A stretch of DNA of 64,000 nucleotides from an uncultured Arcobacter sp. (GCA_965140705.1 OZ223300.1:864001-928000), one strand, 5' to 3'. Positions 31,702-42,908 are shown, counted from the stretch's first letter. A program made the numbers and translations. Notes: a model not told the origin generated them from the letters alone.

Positions 31702-32415
31702 ATGAATTTAGAGAATAAAACTGTATTTATTACAGGTGCAAATGGTGGTTTAGGTAGTGAATTTGTAAAAGAATTTTTAAATCAAAATGTAAAAAAAATA
31801 TATTGTAGTGCAAGAGATATAAATAAATTGGATTCTTTGCAAAAATTATCTAACAAAATAGAATTAGTTGAATTAGATATTACGAATAAAGAACAATTTA
31901 AAAGTTTAGTATCAACTATTGGAAAAATAGATATTTTAGTAAATAATGCAGGTGCAAATAGTGATAAAAGATTGTTTGATGATGAAACTGTAGATTTTGA
32001 TGTAAATATATTTGGTACTTTGAATAGTTGTAGAATTTTATCAGAAAATATAAATAAAGATGGTATTATTATTAATATAACATCTATTTTAGCATTAATA
32101 AATCTTCCTATTATGGCTTTATATTGTGCCTCAAAAAGTGCTTTGCACTCTATAACACAAGCTTTAAGAGCAGAGTTGAAAATAAAAGATATATCAGTAT
32201 ATGAAGTATTACCAGGTCCTATTGATACAGCCATGTCAAAAGATTTACAAATGCCAAAAACTTCACCTAGTGATATTGTAAAGGCAACTATAAATGGTCT
32301 AAATAGTGACGAATATGAAATATATCCTGATTCGTTTGCTAAAGTTATAAAACAAAGATTAGAAGAAGATAAAACAAATTTAGAAAATGAATTTGCTCAA
32401 TCTTTAAATTATTAG
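31702..32415 (+). CDS. Short-chain dehydrogenase/reductase
   Basis: TGANGGLG, NNAG, YCASK, PGPIDT. Confidence 0.92.
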   Translation: MNLENKTVFITGANGGLGSEFVKEFLNQNVKKIYCSARDINKLDSLQKLSNKIELVELDITNKEQFKSLVSTIGKIDILVNNAGANSDKRLFDDETVDFDVNIFGTLNSCRILSENINKDGIIINITSILALINLPIMALYCASKSALHSITQALRAELKIKDISVYEVLPGPIDTAMSKDLQMPKTSPSDIVKATINGLNSDEYEIYPDSFAKVIKQRLEEDKTNLENEFAQSLNY

Positions 32416-32422
32416 TATAAAT

Positions 32423-32460
32423 AAAAAAAGAGGACAAGAGAAAAACTCTTGACCCCTTTT
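32423..32460 (-). terminator. Intrinsic terminator of atpE, possibly bidirectional
   Basis: Minus strand GGGGTCAAGAG-TTTTT-CTCTTGTCCTC then T7. Confidence 0.75.
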
Positions 32461-32489
32461 AGATTTTATTAAATCTGTAGATTTAAATA

Positions 32490-32804
32490 TTATCCTAGGA
32501 ATGGATTTGCATATAATACAATCATTGCAACAACAAGTGCATAAATAACTTGTGCTTCGATCATCGCTAAAGCAATGAACATTGTTGTCATTAATTTTCC
32601 ACCTAAACCTGGGTTTCTAGCAGTACCAGCAATAGTTGCAGCAGCAGTATTACCCATACCAATAGCACCACCAAGTGCAGCAAGACCTAAACCAATACCA
32701 GCAGCTACTACAGAGTAAGCTTTTAAAGTTTCATTTGCAACTTCACCGTCAGCAGCGAAAGCTACACCAGCGATAGCTAGCATTAAAAGAACGATTTTTT
32801 TCAT
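32490..32804 (-). CDS. atpE: F0F1 ATP synthase subunit c with signal-peptide-like extension
   Basis: GLAALGGAIGMG, ARNP loop, AMIEAQ carboxylate. Confidence 0.96.
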   Translation of the reverse strand: MKKIVLLMLAIAGVAFAADGEVANETLKAYSVVAAGIGLGLAALGGAIGMGNTAAATIAGTARNPGLGGKLMTTMFIALAMIEAQVIYALVVAMIVLYANPFLG

Positions 32805-33004
32805 TCTATATCCTTATAATATATTTTGTTTACAAAGTCTGTTCGGATAGCGTAACCAATCTATAAATAGACTAGCAATACTTACATAAATGCAAATATT
32901 TCCCTACTTATCACTTTGTAGGGGTGTATTATACAATCTATTAGGTTAAATTTTCTTTATAGTGAGTCTTAAAATAATTAAGCCATTACATTATGTAACA
33001 AAGT

Positions 33005-35062
33005 CTAAATTAAATGCTCTGGTTCATGTAAAAAATAACCTTGTGCATAATCAATATCCAATGATTTAATTGTTTCTAATACTTCTTGTGAATCAACAAA
33101 TTCTGCAACAACTTCCAATCCCAATTGTTTAGCAAAGTTTACAATAGTAGAAACAGTAATAAAAATATTTTTATCTTTATGAATATTTTTAATCAAAGAG
33201 CCATCTATTTTCAAAATATCTACATTAAGTTTAATAATATATTCAAAATTTGAATAGCCAGTTCCAAAATCATCAATTGCAATTCTAACGCCTAGATTTT
33301 TCATTTTTTTAATAAATGATGTAACTTTTTCAAATTGATTTATCTGTTCAGATTCAACTATTTCTAATATAATTCTTTTATTTGTCTTTGTTTCAAGTAA
33401 TACAGTAGTAAGATACTCTACTGTTTTTTCATTTGTGATATCTTGTATTGTTAGATTAATGGAAAAAGAGTTTTCTTTGTCTTTAAAGTAATCACAAGCT
33501 AGTCTTATCATTTTTCTTGTCATTTCATGATAAAGCCTTGCTTTTTTTGCATGTTCTAAGAAGAAGAAAGGAGATAGTATCTTATCATCTACTTCAAGTC
33601 TCATTAATACTTCATATTTTATTTTACCAGTAGTATTATTTATAATCTTTTGACCATAAATTAAAAGGTTGTTATTTTTTAATGCATATTTTATTTTATT
33701 AGTTAATTCTACCCTTTTTTTCAAAGTATCTTTATTTTTATTTTCTAGATTCATTACAAGAGTTTTGTTCTTATCTTTTGCTTCTTGAAGAGCCATTTCT
33801 GCTTCAACTAATAGCCATTCTCTTCCAGTTGAAATACCAATAGTAAAGGATAAGTTTAATTCTTGATCATTATATGTAATAGGAGTTATTTTTACTTTAT
33901 CTAAGAAATTTAAACATAAGTTTTTTAAAGACTCTGTTGAGTAGTTTCCAGAAGCCAATATCCCAAAAATATCTCCACTAATTCTATAAACATTAATATT
34001 AAATTCATTAAAAGTTGATAGTATATTTGAAAGTTCTTTAAGTATAAAATCTCCAACATCTATTCCATATACTTCGTTTATATCTCTAAAATGATTAATA
34101 TTAATCATAGCTAGTTTGGGGAATAAAAGAATCTTGGAATCTTCTACAAGTTTTTGCCTATTTGGTAAACCTGTTAAATTATCAGTAAATTGTTTTGTAA
34201 TTATTTCATCTTTTTCAAATAATGAAGTAACATCATTTCTAATAGCAATGTATTCTTTTACTTCATTGTTAGAATCTAAAATAGGAATAATTGTTGAGTC
34301 TACATAATAGATACTTCCATCTTTTTTCTTATTTGATATAATGCTTTTGTAAATATTTTTACTTTCTAATATCTCCCATAAGTTTTTAAAAAATTCTTTT
34401 GGAGTTTCAGGATTTCTAATTATATTGTGATTTTTTCCAATTAACTCTTCTCTTGAGTAACCAGAAATATCACAGAATTTATCATTTACATAAGTGATTA
34501 TTCCCTTTGTATTTGTTTTTGAAACAATTGAACTCTCATCTAAGGCTTTTTTATACTCTTCTAAAAGCATTAGGGCTTCAGTTAAATCAGAATCTTTTAT
34601 ATCGTTTAAAACATGGTTTAAACTCTCAATTTGACTATATCTTTGTTTTAATTCTTTATTTTTTTTCTCAATAGTTTTTTCTTTTTCTTTTTCTGTTGAT
34701 ATATCTCTCCAACCAGCAATAAAAATAATTTCGTTATTTGAAGTTGACTTTTTTAACGTAACTTCAACCCAAAATTCTTTTTTATTTGAATCTGTATGTA
34801 GCCATTCAAATCTTGAAAATCCATTATTAGAACATTCTTGGATGAGTAGTTTTTCTTTTTCTGTTGATAGGCTCCCATCAGGTTGATATTTGGGAGAAAT
34901 TTGTGAAGGGTGAATATTGAATAAGTCTTCTTTATTTTTCATTTTAAGTATATCAAGTGCAGCTTGATTACAATCAATAAACTTATTGCTTTTTAAAAAT
35001 AAAATGGGATCTATAGAATTTTTAAAGATAATTTCATAATAATCAATATTTTTTAGATTCAA
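33005..35062 (-). CDS. PAS-PAS-GGDEF(degenerate)-EAL protein, probable c-di-GMP phosphodiesterase
   Basis: Two PAS domains (second with NHNIIR, Aer/NifL-like), SGDIF in place of GGDEF, intact EVLMR and DDFGTGYS; TTG start after AGGA. Confidence 0.88.
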   Translation of the reverse strand: MNLKNIDYYEIIFKNSIDPILFLKSNKFIDCNQAALDILKMKNKEDLFNIHPSQISPKYQPDGSLSTEKEKLLIQECSNNGFSRFEWLHTDSNKKEFWVEVTLKKSTSNNEIIFIAGWRDISTEKEKEKTIEKKNKELKQRYSQIESLNHVLNDIKDSDLTEALMLLEEYKKALDESSIVSKTNTKGIITYVNDKFCDISGYSREELIGKNHNIIRNPETPKEFFKNLWEILESKNIYKSIISNKKKDGSIYYVDSTIIPILDSNNEVKEYIAIRNDVTSLFEKDEIITKQFTDNLTGLPNRQKLVEDSKILLFPKLAMININHFRDINEVYGIDVGDFILKELSNILSTFNEFNINVYRISGDIFGILASGNYSTESLKNLCLNFLDKVKITPITYNDQELNLSFTIGISTGREWLLVEAEMALQEAKDKNKTLVMNLENKNKDTLKKRVELTNKIKYALKNNNLLIYGQKIINNTTGKIKYEVLMRLEVDDKILSPFFFLEHAKKARLYHEMTRKMIRLACDYFKDKENSFSINLTIQDITNEKTVEYLTTVLLETKTNKRIILEIVESEQINQFEKVTSFIKKMKNLGVRIAIDDFGTGYSNFEYIIKLNVDILKIDGSLIKNIHKDKNIFITVSTIVNFAKQLGLEVVAEFVDSQEVLETIKSLDIDYAQGYFLHEPEHLI

Positions 35063-35221
35063 TTTAATTCCTATTATTATATTAAAGTAATATAACAAAA
35101 TATATATAATAATATATTAAAGTAAAAATTAATAGTAATAATCAATTCTAAAATTTTATTTTTGATTCTAATTTAAACATACTAGTGTATAATTTAATAA
35201 ATAAAATATTAAGGCTTCATA

Positions 35222-36733
35222 ATGAAAAAACTATTTTTTGGGTTAACATTTTTAATTATTATTGTTCTTGTAGGAATTTATGCTTTATTATTTACGACAA
35301 CTGGTAATGGTATAGTTTCTTCAATAGTAGAAAGCAAAGTAAATGAACAAAAAGGTTTAAATTTTAAAATAAATAAGTTTGTATTAACTACAAAAAATAT
35401 TGAGTTTGATGCCTCATTAGATAAAAACTCAAATATAAAAATTAATGGTGATTTATCACTATTCTCAAAAACTGCTGATATAAAATATGATATAAATATT
35501 TTGGATTTATCAAAGTTAGAAAAATTTACAAAACAAAAATTAAATGGGAGTTTTAATACTAGCGGTACACTTAAAGGAGATAGTTCTTTAGCTACACTTG
35601 AAGGTATTAGTGACATTTTTAAAAGTAGTACAGATTATAAAGTACAATTAATAAATTTTGAGCCTTCTAACATCATATTTAATGTCAAAAATGCAAAAAT
35701 AGATGAGATACTACATTTAATAAATAAACCTAGATATGCTATGGGAAATATAACAATTAATGGTGATGTAAAAAATGCAGAATTAGATAAATTAAATGGA
35801 AGTATAAGTACAAAAATTGAAAAAGGACTTGTAACAAATAGTTTAGTTAATAAAGATTTTAATACAAAATTAATAAATAGATTAACTTTCCATGGCGATA
35901 TTCAAACAGATTTAGAACCAAATAAAGTTTTATCTAAAGTTGATTTTTATTCAACTATGGCAAATCTTTTTGTAAAAAAAGCAGATGTTGATTTGAAAAA
36001 TATGATTATAAAAAGTGATTATTTTTTAAATGTTGATGATCTTTCAAAACTTTTTGATGTTACACAAACTAAGTTAAGAGGGAAAATTGATGTTGCAGGA
36101 GATATTAAAAAAGATAAAGATTTACTTGTAAATGGTTATTCTGAATTGTTAGATGGTAAATTAAGATTCAAACTTCTTAATGATGATTTTTCTGCAAATA
36201 TTGATGATATTGAAATTCTAAAAGTATTACATATGCTTTATTATCCAGAAATATTTACTTCAAAAACAAAATTAAAACTTGATTATAATCTTGTAAAACA
36301 AGTTGGTGATTTAAAAGGTAATTTAATAAATGGACAATTTAAACAAAATGAGTATTCAACTATAATAAACAGTTTTGCTAAATTTGATCTTACTAAAGAA
36401 ATCTATGAAGATATTTTATTAGATAGTAATATAAATAAAAACATAATTAAATCTACAATAAATATGAAAAGTAAATTAACTACAATTGATGTTAACCCTT
36501 CAACTATTGATACAAAAGCAAATGTGATAGATGCTTTAGTAAAAACAGATATAAAAGGTATAAAATTTGATACAAAAATATCTGGTGATATTTCAAATCC
36601 AAAAGTTAAAGTTGATACTAAAAAGCTTTTAGAAAGTGGAGTTAAAGAAAAAGTAAAAGAAAAAATTAAAGATACAGTTGAGAAAAAACTAGGGGATAAA
36701 GCAGGAAATCTATTAAAGAGTTTTTTTCAATAA
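35222..36733 (+). CDS. AsmA-like beta-rich membrane-anchored protein
   Basis: N-terminal TM helix with TTTGN, repetitive beta-strand pattern, C-terminal ISGDISNPKV. Confidence 0.55.
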   Translation: MKKLFFGLTFLIIIVLVGIYALLFTTTGNGIVSSIVESKVNEQKGLNFKINKFVLTTKNIEFDASLDKNSNIKINGDLSLFSKTADIKYDINILDLSKLEKFTKQKLNGSFNTSGTLKGDSSLATLEGISDIFKSSTDYKVQLINFEPSNIIFNVKNAKIDEILHLINKPRYAMGNITINGDVKNAELDKLNGSISTKIEKGLVTNSLVNKDFNTKLINRLTFHGDIQTDLEPNKVLSKVDFYSTMANLFVKKADVDLKNMIIKSDYFLNVDDLSKLFDVTQTKLRGKIDVAGDIKKDKDLLVNGYSELLDGKLRFKLLNDDFSANIDDIEILKVLHMLYYPEIFTSKTKLKLDYNLVKQVGDLKGNLINGQFKQNEYSTIINSFAKFDLTKEIYEDILLDSNINKNIIKSTINMKSKLTTIDVNPSTIDTKANVIDALVKTDIKGIKFDTKISGDISNPKVKVDTKKLLESGVKEKVKEKIKDTVEKKLGDKAGNLLKSFFQ

Positions 36734-36735
36734 AC

Positions 36736-37401
36736 TTAACAAAGTAGCTTATAACCTACACCATATTCAGTTATAAGATATTTTGAGTTCGAGCCATTGT
36801 CTCCTATTTTTATTCGTATATTTTTTATATGATAATCGAGACTTCTATGGCTTTGAATCTGAGATGATAAAAATTTTATTAAATCATCTCTTTTTATAAT
36901 TATATTTTTATTAATAATTAAATATTTTAAAATATCAAATTCTATTTTAGTTAATTTTAAAACTTTATAATTGAAGAGAATAGTGTCATTTTGTATTTGA
37001 AATATTTCTTTATTTTTTATTTCTATAATATTTGATATTTGTTTTAATTGGACCCAAATTCTTGCTTCTAATTCATCTGGATCAATTGGTTTTACCATAT
37101 AATCTCTAGCACCTAATTTAAATGCTGTAAGTTTTGTCTTTTTGTCAGAATAAGCACTCAAAACAATTATTGGTATATTTTTATGGGTATTAAGATATTT
37201 TAAAACTTCAAAGCCATTATAATCTGGTAAATTAATATCTAAAAGTATTAAAGAATAATCAAAAAACTTAGTATTAGAAATAGCACTGGTAACTGTATTT
37301 ACAACATCAACATCAAAAGAGCACTCTTCTAAAAAAACCTTTATTAAAAAGGAACAATTCTCATCATCTTCTATTAACATAATTTTATTATTTAATAACA
37401 T
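36736..37401 (-). CDS. OmpR family response regulator
   Basis: IEDD, LLDINLP, KP, winged helix ending TEYGVGYK. Confidence 0.9.
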   Translation of the reverse strand: MLLNNKIMLIEDDENCSFLIKVFLEECSFDVDVVNTVTSAISNTKFFDYSLILLDINLPDYNGFEVLKYLNTHKNIPIIVLSAYSDKKTKLTAFKLGARDYMVKPIDPDELEARIWVQLKQISNIIEIKNKEIFQIQNDTILFNYKVLKLTKIEFDILKYLIINKNIIIKRDDLIKFLSSQIQSHRSLDYHIKNIRIKIGDNGSNSKYLITEYGVGYKLLC

Positions 37402-37489
37402 TTTTAACTTATTCCTCACATTCCTCATATTGTTACATTTATTACCTTAGAATTGTATTCTATAATTTCAGAAATTATTTTAAAGGAAA

Positions 37490-39346
37490 ATGATGTTAAG
37501 TAAAATCAATACTAAGAAAAAACTATTATTATTTCCTGGAATATTTATAATTATAGTTATATTTGCTGGAATGGCTTATTTATATTATAATAATATTTCA
37601 AATGAAAGAAACGAGTCTGCTATAAAAACAGAACATTTTGTTCAAGAAGTACTTAAAGGAAGAATTTCTGTTTATCAATTTTTAAACTCTCCAAGTGAAG
37701 AAAAAGCTAAGAAAGTAAGAAATGATTTTTCTTTTTTAAATAAAGAAGTTTTAAACTTAAAAGAAAAACTAAGTTTAAAAGAAAATATAATTTTATCAAA
37801 TGAGATTATAGAATATTCAAAAAAATATATTGAATTATTTGACAAATTTGCAATTAAAAAGATAAATGATACTAACAATGGCATAAAAGAGAATTCATTA
37901 GAAATAAAAAATGACATTTCTGAAATGGTTAAAATTGGTCTGATTTTAGAGCAAAAAATAAGTAAGATAAATAAAAGTGCTGTGATTTTGAAAAAGGAAT
38001 CAATTAATCTTCTAAATAGAGTATTAATTATATTAGCAATCTTATCAATTATTATATTTGTAATAAGTTCAATTTTAATTTCAAATATTATAATAAAATC
38101 TTTGCATAATTTTAAAGAAGGATTATTGTCTTTTTTTACATACTTGAATAGAGAATCATCTAGTGTTTCAAGATTAAATGATGAATCAAATGATGAATTT
38201 GGTGAAATGGCAAAAGTTGTTAATGAAAATATAAGTAAAATAAAAAAAGGCATAGAAGAAGATAGAAAATTAATAGATGAAGCAATTGTAGTTTTAAGTG
38301 AATTTGAAAAAGGTGATTTAAAGCAAAGATTAAATATAAATGTTGATAATCCTATTCTTATGCAGTTAAAAAATGTATTAAATGAGATGGCATCTAATTT
38401 AGAAACAAATGTAAATAATATTTTAAGAGTTTTAGAAAAATATTCAAGCTATAATTACTTAGAAAAAGTATCAATAAATAACTTAAAAGAGGATCTATTA
38501 AAACTTGCAAATGGTGTTAATGGATTAGGTAATTCTATTACAGAAATGCTAGTTGAGAATAAATCAAATGGATTAACACTTGATAATAGTTCAGATATCT
38601 TATTGATTAATGTTGACAAATTAAATTTAAGCTCAAATGAAGCAGCAGCAAGTTTAGAAGAGACAGCAGCTGCATTAGAAGAAATCACAAGCAATTTAAG
38701 AAATAATACAGAAAATATTGCAAAAATGGCATCATATTCAAATAACTTAACACAGTCTGCAAATAGTGGAGAAAAATTAGCTAATCAAACAACAATTGCA
38801 ATGGATGAAATAAATGAACAAGTTAATGCAATTAATGAATCGATTAGTGTTATAGACCAAATAGCATTTCAAACAAATATTCTATCTCTTAACGCAGCTG
38901 TTGAAGCTGCAACTGCAGGAGAAGCTGGAAAAGGATTTGCGGTTGTTGCACAAGAGGTAAGAAATTTAGCTTCAAGAAGTGCAGAAGCAGCTAAAGAAAT
39001 TAAAACTATTGTTGAAAATGCAACTTTAAAAGCAAATGAAGGTAAAAATATTGCTGGAAATATGATATTAGGATATAAAGAATTAAATGAAAATATTGTA
39101 AAAACAATAAATTTAATTGAAGATATAGAGATGTCTAGTAAAGAGCAATTAATGGGCATTGAGCAAATAAATACAGCAGTTACACAATTAGATCAACAAA
39201 CTCAACAGAATGCTGCTGTAGCATCTGAAACTCATGATATAGCAATAGTAACTGATAGAATTGCAAAACTAATTGTAAAAGAAGCAAATGAAAAAGAATT
39301 TGATGGAAAAAATGATGTAAAAGCAAAAGAATCAGATAAAAAGTGA
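37490..39346 (+). CDS. Methyl-accepting chemotaxis protein
   Basis: Two TM helices, [41 protein letters not shown]. Confidence 0.95.
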   Translation: MMLSKINTKKKLLLFPGIFIIIVIFAGMAYLYYNNISNERNESAIKTEHFVQEVLKGRISVYQFLNSPSEEKAKKVRNDFSFLNKEVLNLKEKLSLKENIILSNEIIEYSKKYIELFDKFAIKKINDTNNGIKENSLEIKNDISEMVKIGLILEQKISKINKSAVILKKESINLLNRVLIILAILSIIIFVISSILISNIIIKSLHNFKEGLLSFFTYLNRESSSVSRLNDESNDEFGEMAKVVNENISKIKKGIEEDRKLIDEAIVVLSEFEKGDLKQRLNINVDNPILMQLKNVLNEMASNLETNVNNILRVLEKYSSYNYLEKVSINNLKEDLLKLANGVNGLGNSITEMLVENKSNGLTLDNSSDILLINVDKLNLSSNEAAASLEETAAALEEITSNLRNNTENIAKMASYSNNLTQSANSGEKLANQTTIAMDEINEQVNAINESISVIDQIAFQTNILSLNAAVEAATAGEAGKGFAVVAQEVRNLASRSAEAAKEIKTIVENATLKANEGKNIAGNMILGYKELNENIVKTINLIEDIEMSSKEQLMGIEQINTAVTQLDQQTQQNAAVASETHDIAIVTDRIAKLIVKEANEKEFDGKNDVKAKESDKK

Positions 39347-39403
39347 TAAATAAACTATATAGATGAACATAAAAGTTATTAAGAAGAGAAGAAATAATCT
39401 ATA

Positions 39404-40813
39404 ATGGGAAGTACATTAAAGAGATTAATAGTTTTTTGTATATTTATATCTTGTTTATATGCGGATAACTTAGAGCTTTACTCTATGCAAATATTTGATT
39501 TAAGTGCAGAAAATAATATGGAATTATTTAATTCTCAAAATAATGATATAAATATATTAAAAGAAAAAAAGAAATTGAGTGAATACTTTTCTCGTGAAGA
39601 AAAGCTATTAATAATATATTTAACATTTATTTGTTTGTTGATAATTATTTTGATTTCTTTTTATATAATAAATTTAAACAAGCATAATAAGGAATTAAAC
39701 TATTGGGTTAATGCTACTATTGAAGGTATTGCCATATTTGAAGATGGAAAATTAATAAAAGCAAATAATCAAGTTTTGAAAATTTTTGGATATAAAACTT
39801 TTCAAGAAATTTATTTAAAAAGTTATTATGATTTAACTGCTCCACAAGATCATTATTTAATTGATAAAAGAATTGAAGGAAATTATCAAGATAGATATGA
39901 AGTAAAACTTATGAAAAAAGATGGGTCTTTTGCTGATGCTTTAGTAAAAGGGAATATGATAAAAGATACAAATAGAAGAATTAGCATATTTGTAGACATA
40001 AGTGAACTTAAGAATACTCAAAGAAAATTAAAAGAATTAAATTTAAATTTAGAAGAGAAGATAAATAAAGAAGTGAGAAATAATGAAGAACAACAATCAA
40101 TAATGTTTCAACAATCAAAATTTGCTGAAATGGGATTGATGTTACATATGATAGCTCATCAATGGAGACAACCTTTAAATAATATTTCTCTAGTTGTAAA
40201 CCTTTTAATTAAAAAACAAAAAAATGGTAATTTAAGTATCGATGCTTTAGATAGGTTTAAAAATGACTTTCAAAAACAAATAAATTATTTATCAAATACC
40301 ATAGATGATTTTAGAGAATTTTTTAAACCCAAGAAATTTAAAGAAAAATTTTCATTGCTTGAAATGATTCAGAGTACGTATAGTTTACTAAAACCCATAT
40401 TCCAACGTAATAATATAACTTTTAATTTAAATATACAAGTAAATGTAGAGTATTTTGGCTATGAAAATGAACTATCACAAGTTATTTTAAATATTTTGAA
40501 TAATTCTAAAGATGCATTAATTGAAAATAATGTATCAAATAAAATAGTAAATATAGATGCAAAAGAGAGTCAAAACTATTTGATAATTAATATTCAAGAT
40601 AATGGCAAGGGTGTAAAAGAAAAAAACTTAAAGAAGCTTTTTGAACCGTATTTTTCAACAAAAAGTCAAAAAACTGGTACAGGACTTGGCTTATATATGA
40701 GTAAGATAATTATAGAAAAACATTTTAATGGTAATATCTTTTGTAAAAATATACTTGATGGCTTTGAAGTAACTATTAAGTTACCAAAAATAAATAATAA
40801 TTTGTCAAATTAA
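39404..40813 (+). CDS. PAS domain sensor histidine kinase
   Basis: H-box IAHQWRQPL, N-box NILNNSKDA, DNGKG, GTGLGL; very short periplasmic segment. Confidence 0.92.
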   Translation: MGSTLKRLIVFCIFISCLYADNLELYSMQIFDLSAENNMELFNSQNNDINILKEKKKLSEYFSREEKLLIIYLTFICLLIIILISFYIINLNKHNKELNYWVNATIEGIAIFEDGKLIKANNQVLKIFGYKTFQEIYLKSYYDLTAPQDHYLIDKRIEGNYQDRYEVKLMKKDGSFADALVKGNMIKDTNRRISIFVDISELKNTQRKLKELNLNLEEKINKEVRNNEEQQSIMFQQSKFAEMGLMLHMIAHQWRQPLNNISLVVNLLIKKQKNGNLSIDALDRFKNDFQKQINYLSNTIDDFREFFKPKKFKEKFSLLEMIQSTYSLLKPIFQRNNITFNLNIQVNVEYFGYENELSQVILNILNNSKDALIENNVSNKIVNIDAKESQNYLIINIQDNGKGVKEKNLKKLFEPYFSTKSQKTGTGLGLYMSKIIIEKHFNGNIFCKNILDGFEVTIKLPKINNNLSN

Positions 40814-40819
40814 CAAAAA

Positions 40820-41104
40820 TTAATTTGATAAAATTAAATCTATTATCTCATTACTATCTTTTGAATTAGAAAGTGCAATCTGTATTATAGTTTGTTCTTT
40901 ATTTAATATTTTAATATTATTATCAGTTAGTTTCTTTATAATATTTGTAGTGTCAATTTTAAATACTCCTGATAAATCTTCAAGAGGTGTGTTGATTATC
41001 TTTGAATACAATTTTTCATCTATTTTGGTATCTTTACTTAAGTATGATGAAGAAGCAAGAGTAATAATTGTAAAAATTGTAAATAATAAAAATTTAATTT
41101 TCAT
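40820..41104 (-). CDS. Small exported hypothetical protein
   Basis: AGGA plus ATG, signal peptide, TATAAT at 41131-41136 on the minus strand. Confidence 0.65.
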   Translation of the reverse strand: MKIKFLLFTIFTIITLASSSYLSKDTKIDEKLYSKIINTPLEDLSGVFKIDTTNIIKKLTDNNIKILNKEQTIIQIALSNSKDSNEIIDLILSN

Positions 41105-41197
41105 GTAATGTCCTATTTATATATTAGTACATTATATTGGTTAATATTTAATGAACAGTTTTGAATAGTTAATAAATAGTTAATTGAGAGGGGAAAA

Positions 41198-41908
41198 ATG
41201 GAACAATTAAAAAAAGTATTAATAACAGGTGGAAATAAAGGAATAGGGTTAGCTGTTGTAAAAAGATTTATTGAGCTTGACTATGAAGTTGTAGTTGTAG
41301 CAAGAAATTTTTCAAATTTTGAATTTAAAGATAATAAAAAAGTTAGATGCATAGAGTATGATTTATCAAATATGGATGGACTAAAAGATTTAGCAAAAGA
41401 AGTAGGAGAAATCGATACTTTAATTAACAATGCTGGATATATGCAACCAAAATATAGTTATGATAATTATCCCCTTGAAGCTAAAGAACATATTATGAAT
41501 GTGGATTTATATGCTCCTGTTGAACTTATAACACTATTTAGTGAAGATATGAAAAAAAGAAATTATGGAAGAATAGTAAATACAGCTTCAATTGCAGGAC
41601 AAATTGGTCATCCTGATATTTGGTATGGGATTGCAAAAGCAGGTCTTATAAATGCAACTAAAATTTTTGCTAAACTTTTAGGTGGACATAATATTGTTGT
41701 AAATTGTATAGCTCCAAGTCCTGTTGAAACTGATATGCAAAAGGATAACTCTGAAGAGAGAAAAGCTGAGTTTAAAAAAGCAGTTCCTTGTGGAAGATTT
41801 GCAGAACCTGCAGAAGCAGCTGAGGTTATAGTTTGGTTAGCTACAGCTTGTCCTGAATATGTAAATGGAACTACAGTTGATTTTAATAATGGATCATATG
41901 TAAGATAA
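41198..41908 (+). CDS. Short-chain dehydrogenase/reductase
   Basis: TGGNKGIG, NNAG, YGIAK, VNCIAP. Confidence 0.92.
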   Translation: MEQLKKVLITGGNKGIGLAVVKRFIELDYEVVVVARNFSNFEFKDNKKVRCIEYDLSNMDGLKDLAKEVGEIDTLINNAGYMQPKYSYDNYPLEAKEHIMNVDLYAPVELITLFSEDMKKRNYGRIVNTASIAGQIGHPDIWYGIAKAGLINATKIFAKLLGGHNIVVNCIAPSPVETDMQKDNSEERKAEFKKAVPCGRFAEPAEAAEVIVWLATACPEYVNGTTVDFNNGSYVR

Positions 41909-41947
41909 AACTAACAAATTTAAATTCTAAAGAGGTGATTTGAAATA

Positions 41948-42856
41948 TCAACTCTTTAGATTATTTGTTCGTTTTTTAAAGATTCTTATATTATTTAAAA
42001 TTTTTACGGCAATTAACGTTAATATTGTACCTATAATTATAGTTAAACTTATATGCTCTTTTAAGAAAATAACACTCAAAATGATAGCAAATAAAGGAAC
42101 TAAAAAGATAAAAGAACTAACCTCATTTGTTCCAAGTTTCTCTATTCCTACAAAATATATAGTTGTAGCAAAAGTTGTGGAGATAACTGATATAGAAAGA
42201 ACATTTAACCAAAAAATCCAATCAAAAGCTTTATAATCAATACTTGGTACATCAACAAAAAATACCATAACCATAATAGTAGTAATAACATACATATAAA
42301 AAGTAAATACCATAGGTGATATTTTTGTGGCTTTTGAACTAACTATTGTAAGAATTGGCCAAAGAATTGATGCCAATACAAAATAAATATTCTTTTGTGA
42401 AAATATTTGCTCATGTGAAAAGGACCAAATATTAAGCATAGTTAGAACTCCAATACCTCCAAGAACTAGAGCCAAAATATCTTTTTTACCTATTTTTCTT
42501 CCAAAAAACATTGCCATAATTAGAAAAGTATTTATAGGAATCATAGTAGTTACTAAAGCACCACCAAGACTTGCTGTTCCAAATTTAGTTCCTAGAAAAT
42601 AACATTTCATATAAGCTATCATCACAATTGAAGCTATAATAACTAATATGAAACTTTTTATATTTATATAAAAACTTTTCTTTGAATATAATAATACGGG
42701 AAGAAGTGTAATAATCGTAAAGATATTTCTAAAAAATATCAGTTCATATTCATTAATATAAGCACTTAAAACTTTTGCACTAACCCAAGAAGCTCCCCAT
42801 CCAGCCATCGCTAGAAACATAAGAGCATAAAAAATATTTTTACTTTTGTCTGTCAT
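41948..42856 (-). CDS. EamA/DMT family transporter
   Basis: About 10 TM helices, WGASW, two EamA repeats, LKE motif. Confidence 0.88.
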   Translation of the reverse strand: MTDKSKNIFYALMFLAMAGWGASWVSAKVLSAYINEYELIFFRNIFTIITLLPVLLYSKKSFYINIKSFILVIIASIVMIAYMKCYFLGTKFGTASLGGALVTTMIPINTFLIMAMFFGRKIGKKDILALVLGGIGVLTMLNIWSFSHEQIFSQKNIYFVLASILWPILTIVSSKATKISPMVFTFYMYVITTIMVMVFFVDVPSIDYKAFDWIFWLNVLSISVISTTFATTIYFVGIEKLGTNEVSSFIFLVPLFAIILSVIFLKEHISLTIIIGTILTLIAVKILNNIRIFKKRTNNLKS

Positions 42857-42908
42857 GTATAATCTTTCTAAAATTTTGTATGGAAGTGTAATATAAATAA
42901 TAATTTAT

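Noticed and set aside
32490..32804. Na+-coupled c-ring or novel signal peptide on AtpE
   Set aside because: Lacks the Gln and ES/T Na+ signature (has GMG and EAQ); the N-terminal extension is a known Campylobacterota trait
37675..39159. Antisense ORFs over this and the other chemoreceptor and RND genes
   Set aside because: Shadows of codon bias in well-supported genes on the opposite strand
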